52,427 nucleotides of DNA. Source: Clostridia bacterium (GTDB lineage: Bacteria; Bacillota; Clostridia; Oscillospirales; CAG-272). A model generated the notes under the pieces. It made no database searches, was not told the DNA's origin, and saw nothing but the letters and a program-made list of their open reading frames with translations. The stretch covers positions 1 through 52,427 of the forward strand of contig JAFSUT010000099.1 of NCBI GenBank assembly GCA_017445085.1, in the 5' to 3' direction. Of this stretch, positions 1-9,840 are shown piece by piece. Every line of letters begins with the position of its first letter. The stretch's first letter is position 1. Position numbers and translations under genes: made by a program.

Positions 1-228
1 ATCGCCGCCGATGGAAACGAAAACGAGGTCAAAATTTTCGGCGCCGAGTCCGGTGACAAACGCCTCGTTTGTCGCATCCCCGATCTTTGCCGCCGTAGCG
101 TAGGGCAGCACCTTTGCGATCTTTTCCTCATCCGTATCGCAGACGACGACCGCGTTGCCGAGGTCGGCAAAGGACTTTACCATGGCGCTGCCGAAACGTC
201 CGAGCCCGATGATCAGGATATTCTTCAT
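1..228 (-). CDS. trkA: K+ uptake NAD-binding subunit TrkA/KtrA, N-terminal part (gene runs off the left edge)
   Basis: Truncated, so absent from the ORF track. Manual reverse translation from the ATG at 226-228 gives MKNILIIGLGRFGSAMVKSFADLGNAVVVCDTDEEKI..., a Rossmann GxGxxG N-terminus typical of TrkA-N. It lies directly downstream of trkH in the same orientation. Confidence 0.75.
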   Translation of the reverse strand, partial: MKNILIIGLGRFGSAMVKSFADLGNAVVVCDTDEEKIAKVLPYATAAKIGDATNEAFVTGLGAENFDLVFVSIGGD

Positions 229-262
229 ACTAAAATCTTCCTTTCTGTAAAAACAAGTCCCC

Positions 263-1606
263 TCAGCCGACGGCGATCTGCTCTTCGGGATAGCGGCAGG
301 CGCCGCCGTCCTTTTTGCCCGCGAGCGAAAACAGCACCGTCAGCCCGCCGACGCGCCCGATATACATCAGCAGTACGATCAAAAATTTGGAAAAGGCGCA
401 AAGGCGCGGCGTGAGCGACAAACTCAGTCCCACCGTGGCAACGGCGGAAAAGGTTTCAAACAGAGCGTCGATCAGCGGCGCGCCCTCCACGGCACAGATC
501 AGGGCGCCCGCACTCAGCGCCAGCGAAAGATACAGGACAAAGATTGCCGTCGCAGTCCGCACCGCCGCCGCGGGAAGCCGCCTGCCAAACGCCTCGGTAT
601 CATTTTTGCCGCGCACGATCGAGCGGAAAAAGAGCGCCAGCACGGCAAGCGTCGTCGTTTTCATGCCGCCCGCCGTGGAGCCGGGCGAGCCGCCGACCAG
701 CATCAGGCACATCATCACGAGTTGCGCGCTGCCGCCGATCCTTGACAGATCCAAAGTCGAAAAGCCCGCCGTGCGCGCCGACACCGACTGAAAAAGCGAC
801 GCCGAGATCTTTTCACCAACAGAGAGCGAAGAAAGCGCCGGCGAAGAATTTGCAAAGCCGAAAAAGAGGAGCGCGCCGCCAAAGATCAGCACCGCCGACG
901 TCGCCAGCACCAGTTTGGTATGCAGGGCGTACTTTGCAAAACGCAGGCGATGCTGTCCGATATCCGACCAGACGAAAAAGCCGAGACCGCCCAGCACGAT
1001 CAAAAGCGCGGTCACCGCCTGCAAATAGAAATCACCGGCAAACGGCGAAAGCGAAACGAAAGGCGCCTCTGCGCCCATGAGATCAAAACCCGCGTTGCAA
1101 AAGGCGCTCACGGCGTGAAAAAGAGCGAAATACGCGCCGCGGACAGCGCCAAACCGCAAGACGAACGGCGGGAGCAAAAGGATCGTGCCGATCATCTCAA
1201 AAGCAAAGACCCCTAAAAATACCCGCCGCACGTACCGGAAGATCCCTGCAGGTCCCGCGGCGCCGACCGAGTCGGCAAGCGCGTAGATCTGCAGCATCCC
1301 GAGCCGCGCCCCAAGCGCGGACGCCAGCATCACCGCCAGCGTGAGGATCCCGACGCCCCCGATCTGGATCAGGAGCAGGATCACAAGTTGTCCAAACAGC
1401 GTAAAATGCGTGTAGGTATCAAAAGCGATCAGCCCCGTGACGCAGGAGGCGCTGGTCGCCGTCAGGAGCGCGTCGATCAGCGACGTCGTCTGCCCCGTCC
1501 GCGTTGCCTGCGGCAGACAGAGCAAGACCGTACCGAAAAGCACGAGCAGGGCAAAGGAAAGACAGATGAGCCGTGCGCCGGACAGTTTGAATTTCGGTTT
1601 TTGCAT
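263..1606 (-). CDS. trkH: TrkH/KtrB-family K+ transporter membrane subunit
   Basis: 447-aa polytopic membrane ORF with repeated selectivity-filter-like motifs (GGSPGSTAGGMKTTT, CNAGF, ATVGLS). GGAGGA lies upstream of the ATG. Confidence 0.9.
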   Translation of the reverse strand: MQKPKFKLSGARLICLSFALLVLFGTVLLCLPQATRTGQTTSLIDALLTATSASCVTGLIAFDTYTHFTLFGQLVILLLIQIGGVGILTLAVMLASALGARLGMLQIYALADSVGAAGPAGIFRYVRRVFLGVFAFEMIGTILLLPPFVLRFGAVRGAYFALFHAVSAFCNAGFDLMGAEAPFVSLSPFAGDFYLQAVTALLIVLGGLGFFVWSDIGQHRLRFAKYALHTKLVLATSAVLIFGGALLFFGFANSSPALSSLSVGEKISASLFQSVSARTAGFSTLDLSRIGGSAQLVMMCLMLVGGSPGSTAGGMKTTTLAVLALFFRSIVRGKNDTEAFGRRLPAAAVRTATAIFVLYLSLALSAGALICAVEGAPLIDALFETFSAVATVGLSLSLTPRLCAFSKFLIVLLMYIGRVGGLTVLFSLAGKKDGGACRYPEEQIAVG

Positions 1607-1630
1607 TCGATCATCCTCCGTCTTTCAAGA

Positions 1631-2569
1631 TCAAACCGCGCCGTACTGCGCACGCAGTTTGTAAAGGATCGCCGTAAAATCGGCGGGCGGCGGGCAGGAA
1701 AAGGTCATTTCCTCCCCCGTGCGCGGATGCGCAAAGGTCAGCCGATAGGCGTGCAGCGCCTGCCCGCAAAGCAGCTCCGCGTTTTGCTTTTCAAATTTCG
1801 TTTTGCCGCCGCCGTAGACGGTATCGCCGAGGAGCGGATGCCCGATGCTCGACAGATGGACGCGGATCTGATGCGTGCGTCCGGTTTCGAGGCGGCAAGA
1901 GAGATAAGTAAAGCCGCTAAAACGTTCTTCCACCGTATAATGCGTCACGGCGGGGCGACCGTTTGCGACCACCGCCATTTTTTTGCGATCCCGCGGATTG
2001 CGCCCGATGGGCGCGTCCACCGTGCCGCTGTCCGTTTTGAAATTTCCCACCGCGATCGCGGCGTATTCGCGGCGGATGCTGTGCGTTTTCAACCCCGCGG
2101 AGAGGGCGACGTGGGCAAAGTCGTTTTTTGCCACGACGAGCAGTCCGCTGGTATCTTTGTCGATGCGGTGGACGATGCCCGGGCGTTTTTCCCCGCCGAT
2201 GCCCGAAAGGCGGTCGCCCATGCGGTAAAGCAGCGCGTTGACCAGCGTGCCGTCCGCGTTGCCCGCGGCGGGATGCACCACCATCCCCTTGGGCTTGTTG
2301 AGCACGGCGAGGTCGTCGTCCTCATACACGATATCCAGCGGCAGATCCTGCGGCAAGACCTCGCTCTCGCGCAGGGGCGGCAGGGTGACCGTGATCTCGT
2401 CGCCCGCACGCAATTTGTAGTTTTTTGTGACCGCGTTTCCGCAGACGAGGATCTGCCCCTGACCGATCAGGCGCGCCGCGGCGGTGCGCGTCAGTTCGGT
2501 ATGCGCCGAAACCGCCGCGTCTAAGCGCTGTCCGATCTCCTCTGCCGAAACGATAATTTTATCCGGCAC
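1631..2569 (-). CDS. rluD: RluA-family 23S rRNA pseudouridine synthase (RluD-like) with N-terminal S4 domain
   Basis: 312 aa. Carries the catalytic motif HRIDKDTSGLLVVAK and the C-terminal RTHQIRVH motif. Confidence 0.9.
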   Translation of the reverse strand: MPDKIIVSAEEIGQRLDAAVSAHTELTRTAAARLIGQGQILVCGNAVTKNYKLRAGDEITVTLPPLRESEVLPQDLPLDIVYEDDDLAVLNKPKGMVVHPAAGNADGTLVNALLYRMGDRLSGIGGEKRPGIVHRIDKDTSGLLVVAKNDFAHVALSAGLKTHSIRREYAAIAVGNFKTDSGTVDAPIGRNPRDRKKMAVVANGRPAVTHYTVEERFSGFTYLSCRLETGRTHQIRVHLSSIGHPLLGDTVYGGGKTKFEKQNAELLCGQALHAYRLTFAHPRTGEEMTFSCPPPADFTAILYKLRAQYGAV

Positions 2570-3062
2570 TGTTCTTTTTCTCCTTTTTGACCTCCAAGAT
2601 CAGCGAAATCGCAAGCAGTACGGCGCCGACGCAGACGCAGGCGTCCGCAAAATTGAACACCCAATGCCAGTACGGGATGCAGCGCACGTCCACAAAATCC
2701 ACAACGTAGCCGAGCAAAACGCGGTCAAACATATTGCCGAGCCCGCCGCCGATGATCACGGTCAGCGCCGCCTTTTGCAAGGGCGGCTGTTTTTTCTGCA
2801 CGACGAGATAGACAAAAAAGCCGAGGAGTGCCGCCGCCGACACCGCCATAAAGATCCAGCGGTTGTCTTTCAGCAGTCCAAACGACATTCCCGAATTTTG
2901 TACATAGGTAAAATGCAATACCCCGTCGATCACGGGGAAACTCATCCCCGCCGCCGCCGCTGCCGCGGGCAGACCGTTTTCCGCCGCGATCTTCCAGAGA
3001 GAAGCGTATTTCGTTCCCTGATCTACAAGGCAAATGAGCAAGATCCAAAAAATATATTCCAT
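2559..3062 (-). CDS. lspA: lipoprotein signal peptidase II
   Basis: 167 aa with four TM segments. Contains GGGLGNMFDR and FNFAD motifs characteristic of LspA. Classic lspA-rluD pairing. Confidence 0.9.
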   Translation of the reverse strand: MEYIFWILLICLVDQGTKYASLWKIAAENGLPAAAAAAGMSFPVIDGVLHFTYVQNSGMSFGLLKDNRWIFMAVSAAALLGFFVYLVVQKKQPPLQKAALTVIIGGGLGNMFDRVLLGYVVDFVDVRCIPYWHWVFNFADACVCVGAVLLAISLILEVKKEKKNSAG

Positions 3063-3079
3063 CGCAGATAAATCCTCTT

Positions 3080-4135
3080 TTACTCGGCAAACTCGGTCGG
3101 GTCGTGCTTTGGCGCCTTGCCCGACTGCATGATCTTTTCAACATCGGCAAAGCCGTTGTCCTCCCCGGCGTACGTGACGTTCAGATTGCCGTACGGTTTC
3201 ACGGGGGATTCGCCTTTTGCAAATTCATCCCCGACGATACGACCGCCGGCAAAACTGTAGTCCTGCACCGCGGGCGATCCTGCGGCGGCGACCGCAGGAG
3301 CCTGCGCCGCCGCCGACGCGTTTTGCGCCCCGTGCGCCGTGCGCATGGCGCGGCGCTCGATACGGCCGGCGCCGGATCTTTCCTCGGGCATCGGCACGTC
3401 AAGCGCCTGTGCGACCGGGGCGTCCTCCCCGCCGGCGGCTTTTCGCGCTGCCGGCGCCGCGGGTGCGATCTGCTCCGCGGGCGCCGGACGCGCGGCAAGC
3501 ACCGCTTCAAGGTGCGGTTTTGTGCGATCGTTGAGCGCGGCAAGTTCTCCGCGCAGTTTTTCGGTGATCTCCGCCACGGACGCCGTGTATCCGCGCCCCG
3601 CCGCCACGATCTCGGCATAGCGGTCGGTTTCCGCCGCCGTTTTTGCTTTTGCCTCGGCAAGCATCGCCTGCCCGCGGCGGTCGGCCTCCGAAAGGATCCG
3701 CGCCGCGCCCGCCTCCGCTTCGGCGATTTTTTCCTTTGCCGCGACGTCGGCGTCGGCGATCATCCCCTCCGCCTGTACCTGTGCGGCGTGCAGGCGATTT
3801 TGCGCCTTGCTCTCGGCGCTGCGGCGCAGTTCCTCCGTCTCGATCTGCGCGGCGTGTTCACACGCCCGTGCCGCCGCCTGCGCCTCCGAAAGCAGTTTTT
3901 TTGCCTTGCTCTCGGCAAGCGACAGCAGTTCATCCGCCGCCGCTTTTTCCTGCGTTATCTTCTCTTTTTCGGCGTCGTACAGCGCCGCGCGCGCCGTAAG
4001 CGCGTCCAGCCGTTCTTCGATCTGCAACAACTCGCCGGCAAGCGCCTGCAAAAACGCGTCCACCTCTTTTGTATTATATCCCGCAACCCCGCGGGAAAAC
4101 CTCACGTCCGAAAGCTTGTCCGATAGCCGCATCAT
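3080..4135 (-). CDS. divIVA: DivIVA-domain cell-division protein with long Ala/Glu-rich coiled coil
   Basis: The N-terminus (DVRFSRGVAGYNTKEVDAFL) is the DivIVA lipid-binding domain. The rest is coiled-coil/low complexity. Confidence 0.85.
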   Translation of the reverse strand: MMRLSDKLSDVRFSRGVAGYNTKEVDAFLQALAGELLQIEERLDALTARAALYDAEKEKITQEKAAADELLSLAESKAKKLLSEAQAAARACEHAAQIETEELRRSAESKAQNRLHAAQVQAEGMIADADVAAKEKIAEAEAGAARILSEADRRGQAMLAEAKAKTAAETDRYAEIVAAGRGYTASVAEITEKLRGELAALNDRTKPHLEAVLAARPAPAEQIAPAAPAARKAAGGEDAPVAQALDVPMPEERSGAGRIERRAMRTAHGAQNASAAAQAPAVAAAGSPAVQDYSFAGGRIVGDEFAKGESPVKPYGNLNVTYAGEDNGFADVEKIMQSGKAPKHDPTEFAE

Positions 4136-4156
4136 CCTGTCCTCCGAAAAATCTGT

Positions 4157-4969
4157 TTATTCATACCGTTTGGCAAGCAGGCGGAGCCTGCCCTTTTTGG
4201 TCTTGTCCGAAAGTTCTGCAATTTCAAATTTCCCCACACCGTGCAGGGTGAGGATATCCCCGGCGGCGACCGGCGCGTCCGGCGCCGACTGCGCCTCGTA
4301 ATTGAGTTCTACAGCCCCCCGCAAAATCTCCTCTTTGGCGCGCTCGCGTGAAAGATTGCCGAGCGCCGCCGCCACAGCGTCCAGCCGCGGTGAAGCCACC
4401 GTGTCGCTCACCGGAGAAAACCGCTGTACGATGCAAAACGACTGCGGCAGCGTCGCCCGCGTGATGCGCACTTTGTCCGAGGCGATGCGCACGTTTTCGC
4501 CGCACAAAAAGTCCGCCACGGCGGCGTCGGCAAAGACGACGGCGGCGCACTCCCTCGTCGGGACGATGTCGCCGAGCGACGCCCGCGAAATCCCGAGGGA
4601 GAGCAAACTGCCGAGATAATCCCGATGCGTAAACGTGCGAAAACCGCCGCCGGTGATGCAGAGCGGGACGATGGAAGAAAACGCCTCGTCCCCGAGATAG
4701 AGTTTTGCCGCGTCAAACAGTCCGCCGTCCTCGCAAAGATCGCAGACGTAAAGCGGCAGGACAAAGAGTTTTTGTCGCGCGGCGCCCGGTGCGCCGCCGT
4801 AAAACAGCGTACGGTGAAACGCCCCCTGCCGCCGCAGCTCTTGCGAGAGAAAATACTGCTCCTTAGGATTCAGGAACGCGGTACTCAGCGCCTCTGCCGC
4901 CGGACGATCCAAAAGATCCCGCACGTGGGCGAAAAGCAACTTGAATTCATCGCTGTCAAGGTAGTGCAT
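4157..4969 (-). CDS. ylmH: YlmH-like RNA-binding (S4 domain) protein
   Basis: 270 aa with a C-terminal S4-like segment (GDILTLHGVGKFEI). Sits between sepF and divIVA as in the ylm cluster. Confidence 0.75.
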   Translation of the reverse strand: MHYLDSDEFKLLFAHVRDLLDRPAAEALSTAFLNPKEQYFLSQELRRQGAFHRTLFYGGAPGAARQKLFVLPLYVCDLCEDGGLFDAAKLYLGDEAFSSIVPLCITGGGFRTFTHRDYLGSLLSLGISRASLGDIVPTRECAAVVFADAAVADFLCGENVRIASDKVRITRATLPQSFCIVQRFSPVSDTVASPRLDAVAAALGNLSRERAKEEILRGAVELNYEAQSAPDAPVAAGDILTLHGVGKFEIAELSDKTKKGRLRLLAKRYE

Positions 4970-5071
4970 ACTTTTCGTGATCCCTTTCCGGCGGGTGCCG
5001 CCCCGCCGTCAAAAAGAAAATCGCCCACCGCGAGGAAAAGCCCGACGGTGCGGCGATTGACTTTATTTCGT

Positions 5072-5542
5072 TTATTCTGCGTCCTGTGCGGGTGCCGCGG
5101 CAGCCACTTTTTGCTTGATCTGCCCATCGCTGACGTCGACGTTGGAAGGCGTAACGACATACGCGCTGTTGGCAACCTTTTTGATGCTGCCGCCGATGGA
5201 ATATGCCACGCCCGTGAGGAAGTCCAAAATGCGGCGTGCCGCTTCTTTATTGGTGTCCTCCAAATTCAAAACCACGGTACGCTTTTGGAGCAGATGGTCT
5301 GCCACTTGTGCGGAATCCGCAAAATCAAGCGGTTTTACCACTTTCAGTTCGATGGCGCCGCCGCCGCCCATGATGTCGTAACCTGCGCCGCCGATGGTTG
5401 CCGCATTGTCCTGTGCGGGGGCCTCGGGCTGTTCGCCGTCATCCCAGCCTGCGCCATTGTCGCCGTCGTCCTCGTACATATACCCGTTTTGGTCATACGA
5501 GTCCTTGTTGAATTTTTCTCTGATTCCTTCAAAAAAGCTCAT
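5072..5542 (-). CDS. sepF: cell division protein SepF
   Basis: Conserved SepF core (VVKPLDFADSAQVADHLLQKRTVVLNLEDT...AYVVTPSNVDV). I place the start at the second Met (MSFFEGIREKF, ATG 5540-5542), which has GGAGGAA 6 nt upstream. The ORF-track start at 5566 overlaps that RBS. Confidence 0.9.
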   Translation of the reverse strand: MSFFEGIREKFNKDSYDQNGYMYEDDGDNGAGWDDGEQPEAPAQDNAATIGGAGYDIMGGGGAIELKVVKPLDFADSAQVADHLLQKRTVVLNLEDTNKEAARRILDFLTGVAYSIGGSIKKVANSAYVVTPSNVDVSDGQIKQKVAAAAPAQDAE

Positions 5543-5700
5543 TTTCCGTTCCTCCGAAAAAGTCAAAATCTATATTTATTTTATTTTAATTTTTATCCGT
5601 AAAAAGCGGTACTCTTCTTCAACATATACTACTTTATAATACAGTATAGCATATGTTTTTCAAAAAGAAAAGATATTTTTTGAACTTTTTATAAAAAATA

Positions 5701-6423
5701 TCAAATTTCCTGCGTTTTTTCGGCGGATCCCGCTTTGGCAAACGCCGCGCGCCCGATGCGCACGCAGGTAGAGCCCTCGGCGATCGCGGGGACAAAACTG
5801 CCGCTCATCCCCATCGAGAGGATCGGTTCGTCTGTGGGGAACGCCCCCTGTGCCCGCAGGCGCTCAAACAGAGCGCGGCATTCGGCAAAATACGGGCGGT
5901 ACGCCGCGTCGCTGTCACAGCGCGGCGCCATACTCATCAGTCCGCACAAGCGAAGATGTGAAAACGAAGAAAGCGATGTGATAAATTCCTCCGCCGCCTC
6001 CGGAAAGATCCCGCCTTTGGCTTTCTCTTTTCCGATATTGATCTCCACAAGGCAATCCATCCGCAGACCGCGCCGCGCCGCCTGCTTTTCGATCTCCTGT
6101 GCCAGCGACAGGCTGTCCAGCGACGCGATCATCTCGACTTTATCTATGATCTGCCGCACCTTGTTGCGCTGCAAACTGCCGATAAACCAGAGGTGCAGAC
6201 CGTCGCGGTCGAGCGCGTCGTACTTTTCCAAGAGGCTCTGCACCCGGTTTTCCCCGATATAGGTGTAGCCGAGCGACTTTGCAAAGTTGATTTCCGGAGC
6301 GGCGGCGTATTTTGTCGCCAGCAGTACCCGCACGGGATGAGAAAAAGAGGTCTGCTTTTGCGCCGCCGCGACCTTTGCGGAAATTTCGGCAAGATTTTCT
6401 CTGATATATTCAAAGTTTTCCAT
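5701..6423 (-). CDS. yggS: YggS/YlmE-family PLP homeostasis protein
   Basis: The internal start MENFEYIRENL... (ATG 6421-6423) gives 240 aa with the alanine-racemase-N fold pattern (LLATKY, HLWFIGSLQRNK, MGMSGSF). The Arg-rich upstream 64 aa of the track ORF overlap the neighbouring gene. Confidence 0.9.
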   Translation of the reverse strand: MENFEYIRENLAEISAKVAAAQKQTSFSHPVRVLLATKYAAAPEINFAKSLGYTYIGENRVQSLLEKYDALDRDGLHLWFIGSLQRNKVRQIIDKVEMIASLDSLSLAQEIEKQAARRGLRMDCLVEINIGKEKAKGGIFPEAAEEFITSLSSFSHLRLCGLMSMAPRCDSDAAYRPYFAECRALFERLRAQGAFPTDEPILSMGMSGSFVPAIAEGSTCVRIGRAAFAKAGSAEKTQEI

Positions 6424-6434
6424 AGATCTACTCT

Positions 6435-7706
6435 CTACTTCAGAATTTTGTCGGGTGAAAGATCGACCGCGCCGGCGATGACCACGTTGTCGTAGCGGGA
6501 GAGCCCCTTGCAAAAGAGGTCGTTTTCCTCGTCCGCGTCGCCCGCAAACAGGGTCTTTCCCTCGGTGTCCGTACCGAGCCAGGCGTAGCCGTCGTCCTCG
6601 TACAAAATATCGCAAACGCGATATTCAATGGTGCTCCCGCGCCGCACGTACACGCCGGTCGCGCCGTCCAGGATCCTCAGCGCCGACGTCGGCACTTTAT
6701 AACCGGTCACCTGCGATACGGTAACGCTGACCCTGCGTGTGCGCAGGGTAAAAAACTCGTTTTGCATCAACCGTGTGCCGAAGACGAGCAAGACTTCCCC
6801 GTCCTCTCTGTTTTTGGCGTACAGCTGCATCGGTATACTCTTGTCGCCAAAGGCGACGTCATATCTCTGCCCGACCTCAAGGGCGGTGGCGTCGTCAAAC
6901 TTGCAGACGCCGGCAAAGTACCACAGCGGATCCATCACAAGTTTGCAAACGGCGTCACCGGCGTCCGCCCGCCGCTCCATCGCCGCGCGGTACGCCGACG
7001 GTGTAAGCGACGGTACGGCGGCAAAATCCACGGCGTTTTCATAACCGTCCGCCGTGTGATAAAGGTATCCCGCCACCGGCGCGACGACCGTGGTGCTGTC
7101 CCCCGCAAGTTTTGCCGTGAGCGCCGTGCGCTCGGCATTCAGCGCGCGCATCAGATCTTCTACGCCGCGCTCACCGCCGAGGATCACGTCGCGGCGGAGC
7201 ATGGCGGAGAGCAGAGATCCCTCCCGTGCGCCGAGTTTGCCGATCTGCCCGCGCGCCCGCGCGTCCGAGATCATGAGCAGTTCGTTTTTCACCGTTTCTC
7301 TCGCCGAAACGCCGTAGGAAATGCGCGAGGTCTCGCTGATATCGGCGGCGGCAAGCAAATCAAGCGTTGCGTCGATCTGCACAAGGCGCGGGATGCTTGT
7401 CTGATCGGCGGCGCGATACAGCGACGCTACCTTTTCATGGAGCGAAACCCTCGTCCCGTCCGCAAACGCGTAGCCGACCGTGGCGCTCCCCGCGCCGTAG
7501 ACGACCGTTTCTTCACGAAAAATACTGCCGACCAGCGGGAGCGTCAGCGAGACGGTGTCCTCCGTCGCCGGCATGGTTTGTATCTGCGCGGAAAAACCAC
7601 CGGTCAGGTGATAGAGAATATAGCCGATGAGCGCCATCACCAACAGCAATTTGAAAAAACTGCCGAAAACGCGGCGGATCTTCGTTTGTTGCTTTCCGGA
7701 TTCCAT
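6435..7706 (-). CDS. single-pass membrane protein, HlyD/membrane-fusion-like (function uncertain)
   Basis: Start taken at MESGKQQTKIRR (ATG 7704-7706), which avoids overlap with miaA. One N-terminal TM helix followed by a beta-rich ectodomain. The family call rests only on general resemblance. Confidence 0.55.
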   Translation of the reverse strand: MESGKQQTKIRRVFGSFFKLLLVMALIGYILYHLTGGFSAQIQTMPATEDTVSLTLPLVGSIFREETVVYGAGSATVGYAFADGTRVSLHEKVASLYRAADQTSIPRLVQIDATLDLLAAADISETSRISYGVSARETVKNELLMISDARARGQIGKLGAREGSLLSAMLRRDVILGGERGVEDLMRALNAERTALTAKLAGDSTTVVAPVAGYLYHTADGYENAVDFAAVPSLTPSAYRAAMERRADAGDAVCKLVMDPLWYFAGVCKFDDATALEVGQRYDVAFGDKSIPMQLYAKNREDGEVLLVFGTRLMQNEFFTLRTRRVSVTVSQVTGYKVPTSALRILDGATGVYVRRGSTIEYRVCDILYEDDGYAWLGTDTEGKTLFAGDADEENDLFCKGLSRYDNVVIAGAVDLSPDKILK

Positions 7707-7729
7707 GGCGGTTTTCCTTTCTGTCAAAA

Positions 7730-8710
7730 TCAGTGCGCGGCAGACTGCCATACGGCAAGCGCCGCCGCGACGAGGTCTTCTTTTTGCAAAAGTCGCCCGT
7801 TTTCATCATCACAATAGAGCGGACGGGCGTAGGGACGCGCCGCAAACCAGGTCTCCTGCCGTTTGGCGTAATGCCGCGTCGCAAGTTTCAGGTTTTCCAC
7901 GGCGTCCGCCACGGTCTGCCTGCCGTCAAGGACGGGCAAAAGTTCTTTGTAGCCGATGGCCGCCGCCGCAGTCGAGTTTTGGGAAAACACGCCGTCGGCG
8001 GCAAGCCGCCGTACCTCGTTAAGCAGGCCCGCCGCCATCATCTCGTCCACCCGCCGGTCAATGCGGTCGTTTAGGGTATCCCGCCGATGGTAGCATAGGC
8101 GGATGCAGCAAAGATCCAGCGTCGGCGGACGGCGCCGGCTCTCCCTGTCCCACACGCTTTTCGGCTTGCCACTGCACAGATAGATCTCCAGCGCGCGCAA
8201 AACGCGGCGGGTATTGTTTTCGTGGATGGCGTCGGCACTTTCGGGGTCTACCGCGCGCAATCGCGCGTGCAGGGCGGACGCGCCGTACGTTGCCAAATCG
8301 TTTTCCAGCTGCGCGTGCAGCACGGGATCGGATGCAAGGGCGGCGGGCGCCTCGCCGCGGAGCAACGCGTCAAGATACAGTCCCGTACCGCCGCAAAGGA
8401 TCGGCAGACGTCCGCGCGCCGTCACCTCCCGCGCCGCCGCAAGGGCGAGCGGGATGTACTCCGCCACGGAGAAAGAGGTCCTCGGGTCGCAGATATCGAT
8501 CAGATGATGCGCCACGGCGGCGCGCTCCGCCGCGCTCGGTTTTGCGGTGCCGATATCCATACCGCGGTACACCTGCATGGAGTCCACCGAGAGGATCTCG
8601 CCGCCAAGGTGCGCCGCAAGCGCAAGAGCAAGTGCGCTTTTGCCGCTTGCCGTAGCGCCGACGACCGCCAACGCGCGGATCGGCTGATGCTCTGCCGCAG
8701 AAGTTTTCAT
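7730..8710 (-). CDS. miaA: tRNA dimethylallyltransferase
   Basis: P-loop GATASGKSALALALA, then SVDSMQVYRGMDIGTAKP and HHLIDI motifs. Start taken at MKTSAAEH (ATG 8708-8710), downstream of the preceding gene's stop. Confidence 0.9.
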   Translation of the reverse strand: MKTSAAEHQPIRALAVVGATASGKSALALALAAHLGGEILSVDSMQVYRGMDIGTAKPSAAERAAVAHHLIDICDPRTSFSVAEYIPLALAAAREVTARGRLPILCGGTGLYLDALLRGEAPAALASDPVLHAQLENDLATYGASALHARLRAVDPESADAIHENNTRRVLRALEIYLCSGKPKSVWDRESRRRPPTLDLCCIRLCYHRRDTLNDRIDRRVDEMMAAGLLNEVRRLAADGVFSQNSTAAAAIGYKELLPVLDGRQTVADAVENLKLATRHYAKRQETWFAARPYARPLYCDDENGRLLQKEDLVAAALAVWQSAAH

Positions 8711-8726
8711 AAATCTCTCCGTAAGA

Positions 8727-9653
8727 TCAAAGTTCCACTTCGTGCTCAAGGATGTAGCGCAGCACGTCGGTCTCGCTCGGGATCGAGGAGAGCGGCGCGT
8801 CGCCGCGTGCGGCGGCGCGGGCGATCACCGTGGAAGCGTACCGCAGAGCGCGCACGCTCTTTGCCGAGCGGAGATTCTCCAGGATCATGGCGGGGATCAA
8901 CAGTTTTGTGAAACGCGGATCCGCATACTCGACGTAGGGAACGTAGTAGGAGAAATTGCCTTTATAGGCAAAGGCGCCGCCCACGCCGAACTTAAAGACG
9001 TAGGTCTTGGCTTTGACCGTTTTTGACAGCTCGACCGCCGCACGCAGATTGCTCTGTGCGTCACGCGGCGCAATGCCGGTATACCGCACGGTCATCTGCG
9101 GCGAAAGCGCGATCAACGATACGTCGCCGAGGCGCTCCAGCGGGAAATCCTCGGCAATATCCTCCCCGTCGAAAAAGGCGGGGATCTTTTTCTCCCGCGC
9201 AAGCGCCGCCGCGCAGAGGCACGCGTCCGCGGGGATGTCCATACTCACGTATACCGCGTCCGGCTCGGTGGTAAAGGCGTCCTCCACAAGATCGGGCGTG
9301 ATGCTGCCGCAAAGTGCCGTGTGGCGATACGCCGCCTGCCCGCCTTCGGCGGAAAGATAGACCGAGATCGGCGTTTCCGCCGTTTTTACCGTTTGCACAA
9401 ACCGGGTGTCCATCCCGAGTTCCTTGTAAAATCCGAGCAGTTCCCTGCCGTGATTGTCCGCGCCGACCGTGCCGCAGAGGATCGCCTCCCCGCCGAGGCG
9501 GGTCACCGCAACGCCGGCATAACTGAGCGCGCCGCCGGGCGTAAAGGTCTGTGTCCTATCCGTCGCGACGGTCTCGCCCGCCGCCGCAAAGTGCTCGGCA
9601 GCAAGCCCGAGCTCGATCTCGGGATATCCGATAAGAAGAATCCGCTTTTTCAA
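8727..9653 (-). CDS. PfkB-family carbohydrate/nucleoside kinase
   Basis: Ribokinase-like fold pattern (ILLIGYPEIEL..., LCGTVGADNHG, C-terminal anion-hole-like region). Start assigned to TTG 9651-9653, 7 nt after GGAGGA. The first 98 aa of the track ORF run through the promoter region and were rejected. Confidence 0.7.
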   Translation of the reverse strand: MKKRILLIGYPEIELGLAAEHFAAAGETVATDRTQTFTPGGALSYAGVAVTRLGGEAILCGTVGADNHGRELLGFYKELGMDTRFVQTVKTAETPISVYLSAEGGQAAYRHTALCGSITPDLVEDAFTTEPDAVYVSMDIPADACLCAAALAREKKIPAFFDGEDIAEDFPLERLGDVSLIALSPQMTVRYTGIAPRDAQSNLRAAVELSKTVKAKTYVFKFGVGGAFAYKGNFSYYVPYVEYADPRFTKLLIPAMILENLRSAKSVRALRYASTVIARAAARGDAPLSSIPSETDVLRYILEHEVEL

Positions 9654-9693
9654 AATGCTGTCCTCCGCTGTCTGAAAGATACTATACAGTATA

Positions 9694-9722
9694 ATTATAC
9701 AATGTTTTTTTTGCAAAATCAA
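9694..9722 (-). promoter_or_regulatory. sigma-70-type promoter for the PfkB kinase/miaA block
   Basis: Minus strand reads TTGATT, 17 nt, TATAAT. Confidence 0.5.
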
Positions 9723-9770
9723 GCGAGGGTGCGCCTCTTTGTAATTTTTCGGAAAAAATTTATTTTCCTG

Positions 9771-9798
9771 TTGCATTTTCGCGGGAATATGGTATACT
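9771..9798 (+). promoter_or_regulatory. sigma-70-type promoter (extended -10)
   Basis: TTGCAT (9771-9776), 16 nt, TGgTATACT (-10 at 9793-9798), 40 nt upstream of the 9841 ATG. Confidence 0.5.
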
Positions 9799-9840
9799 AT
9801 AAATGTAAAAATACATTTTCGGAAAGCAGGAGGATCAATT

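Noticed and set aside
1388-2524. Long plus-strand ORF (378 aa) antisense to rluD/trkH. The same phenomenon occurs at 3104..4126, 14578..15924, 17033..17773, 18019..19002, 19853..21706, 22561..23568, 27151..28386, 28145..29731, 29697..30758, 44390..46015 and 48017..49951.
   Set aside because: These are shadow ORFs, typical of GC-rich DNA. Their translations are Arg/Ala/Gly/Pro-rich low-complexity strings with no motifs. Each lies opposite a gene with clear family signatures and good start and RBS context.
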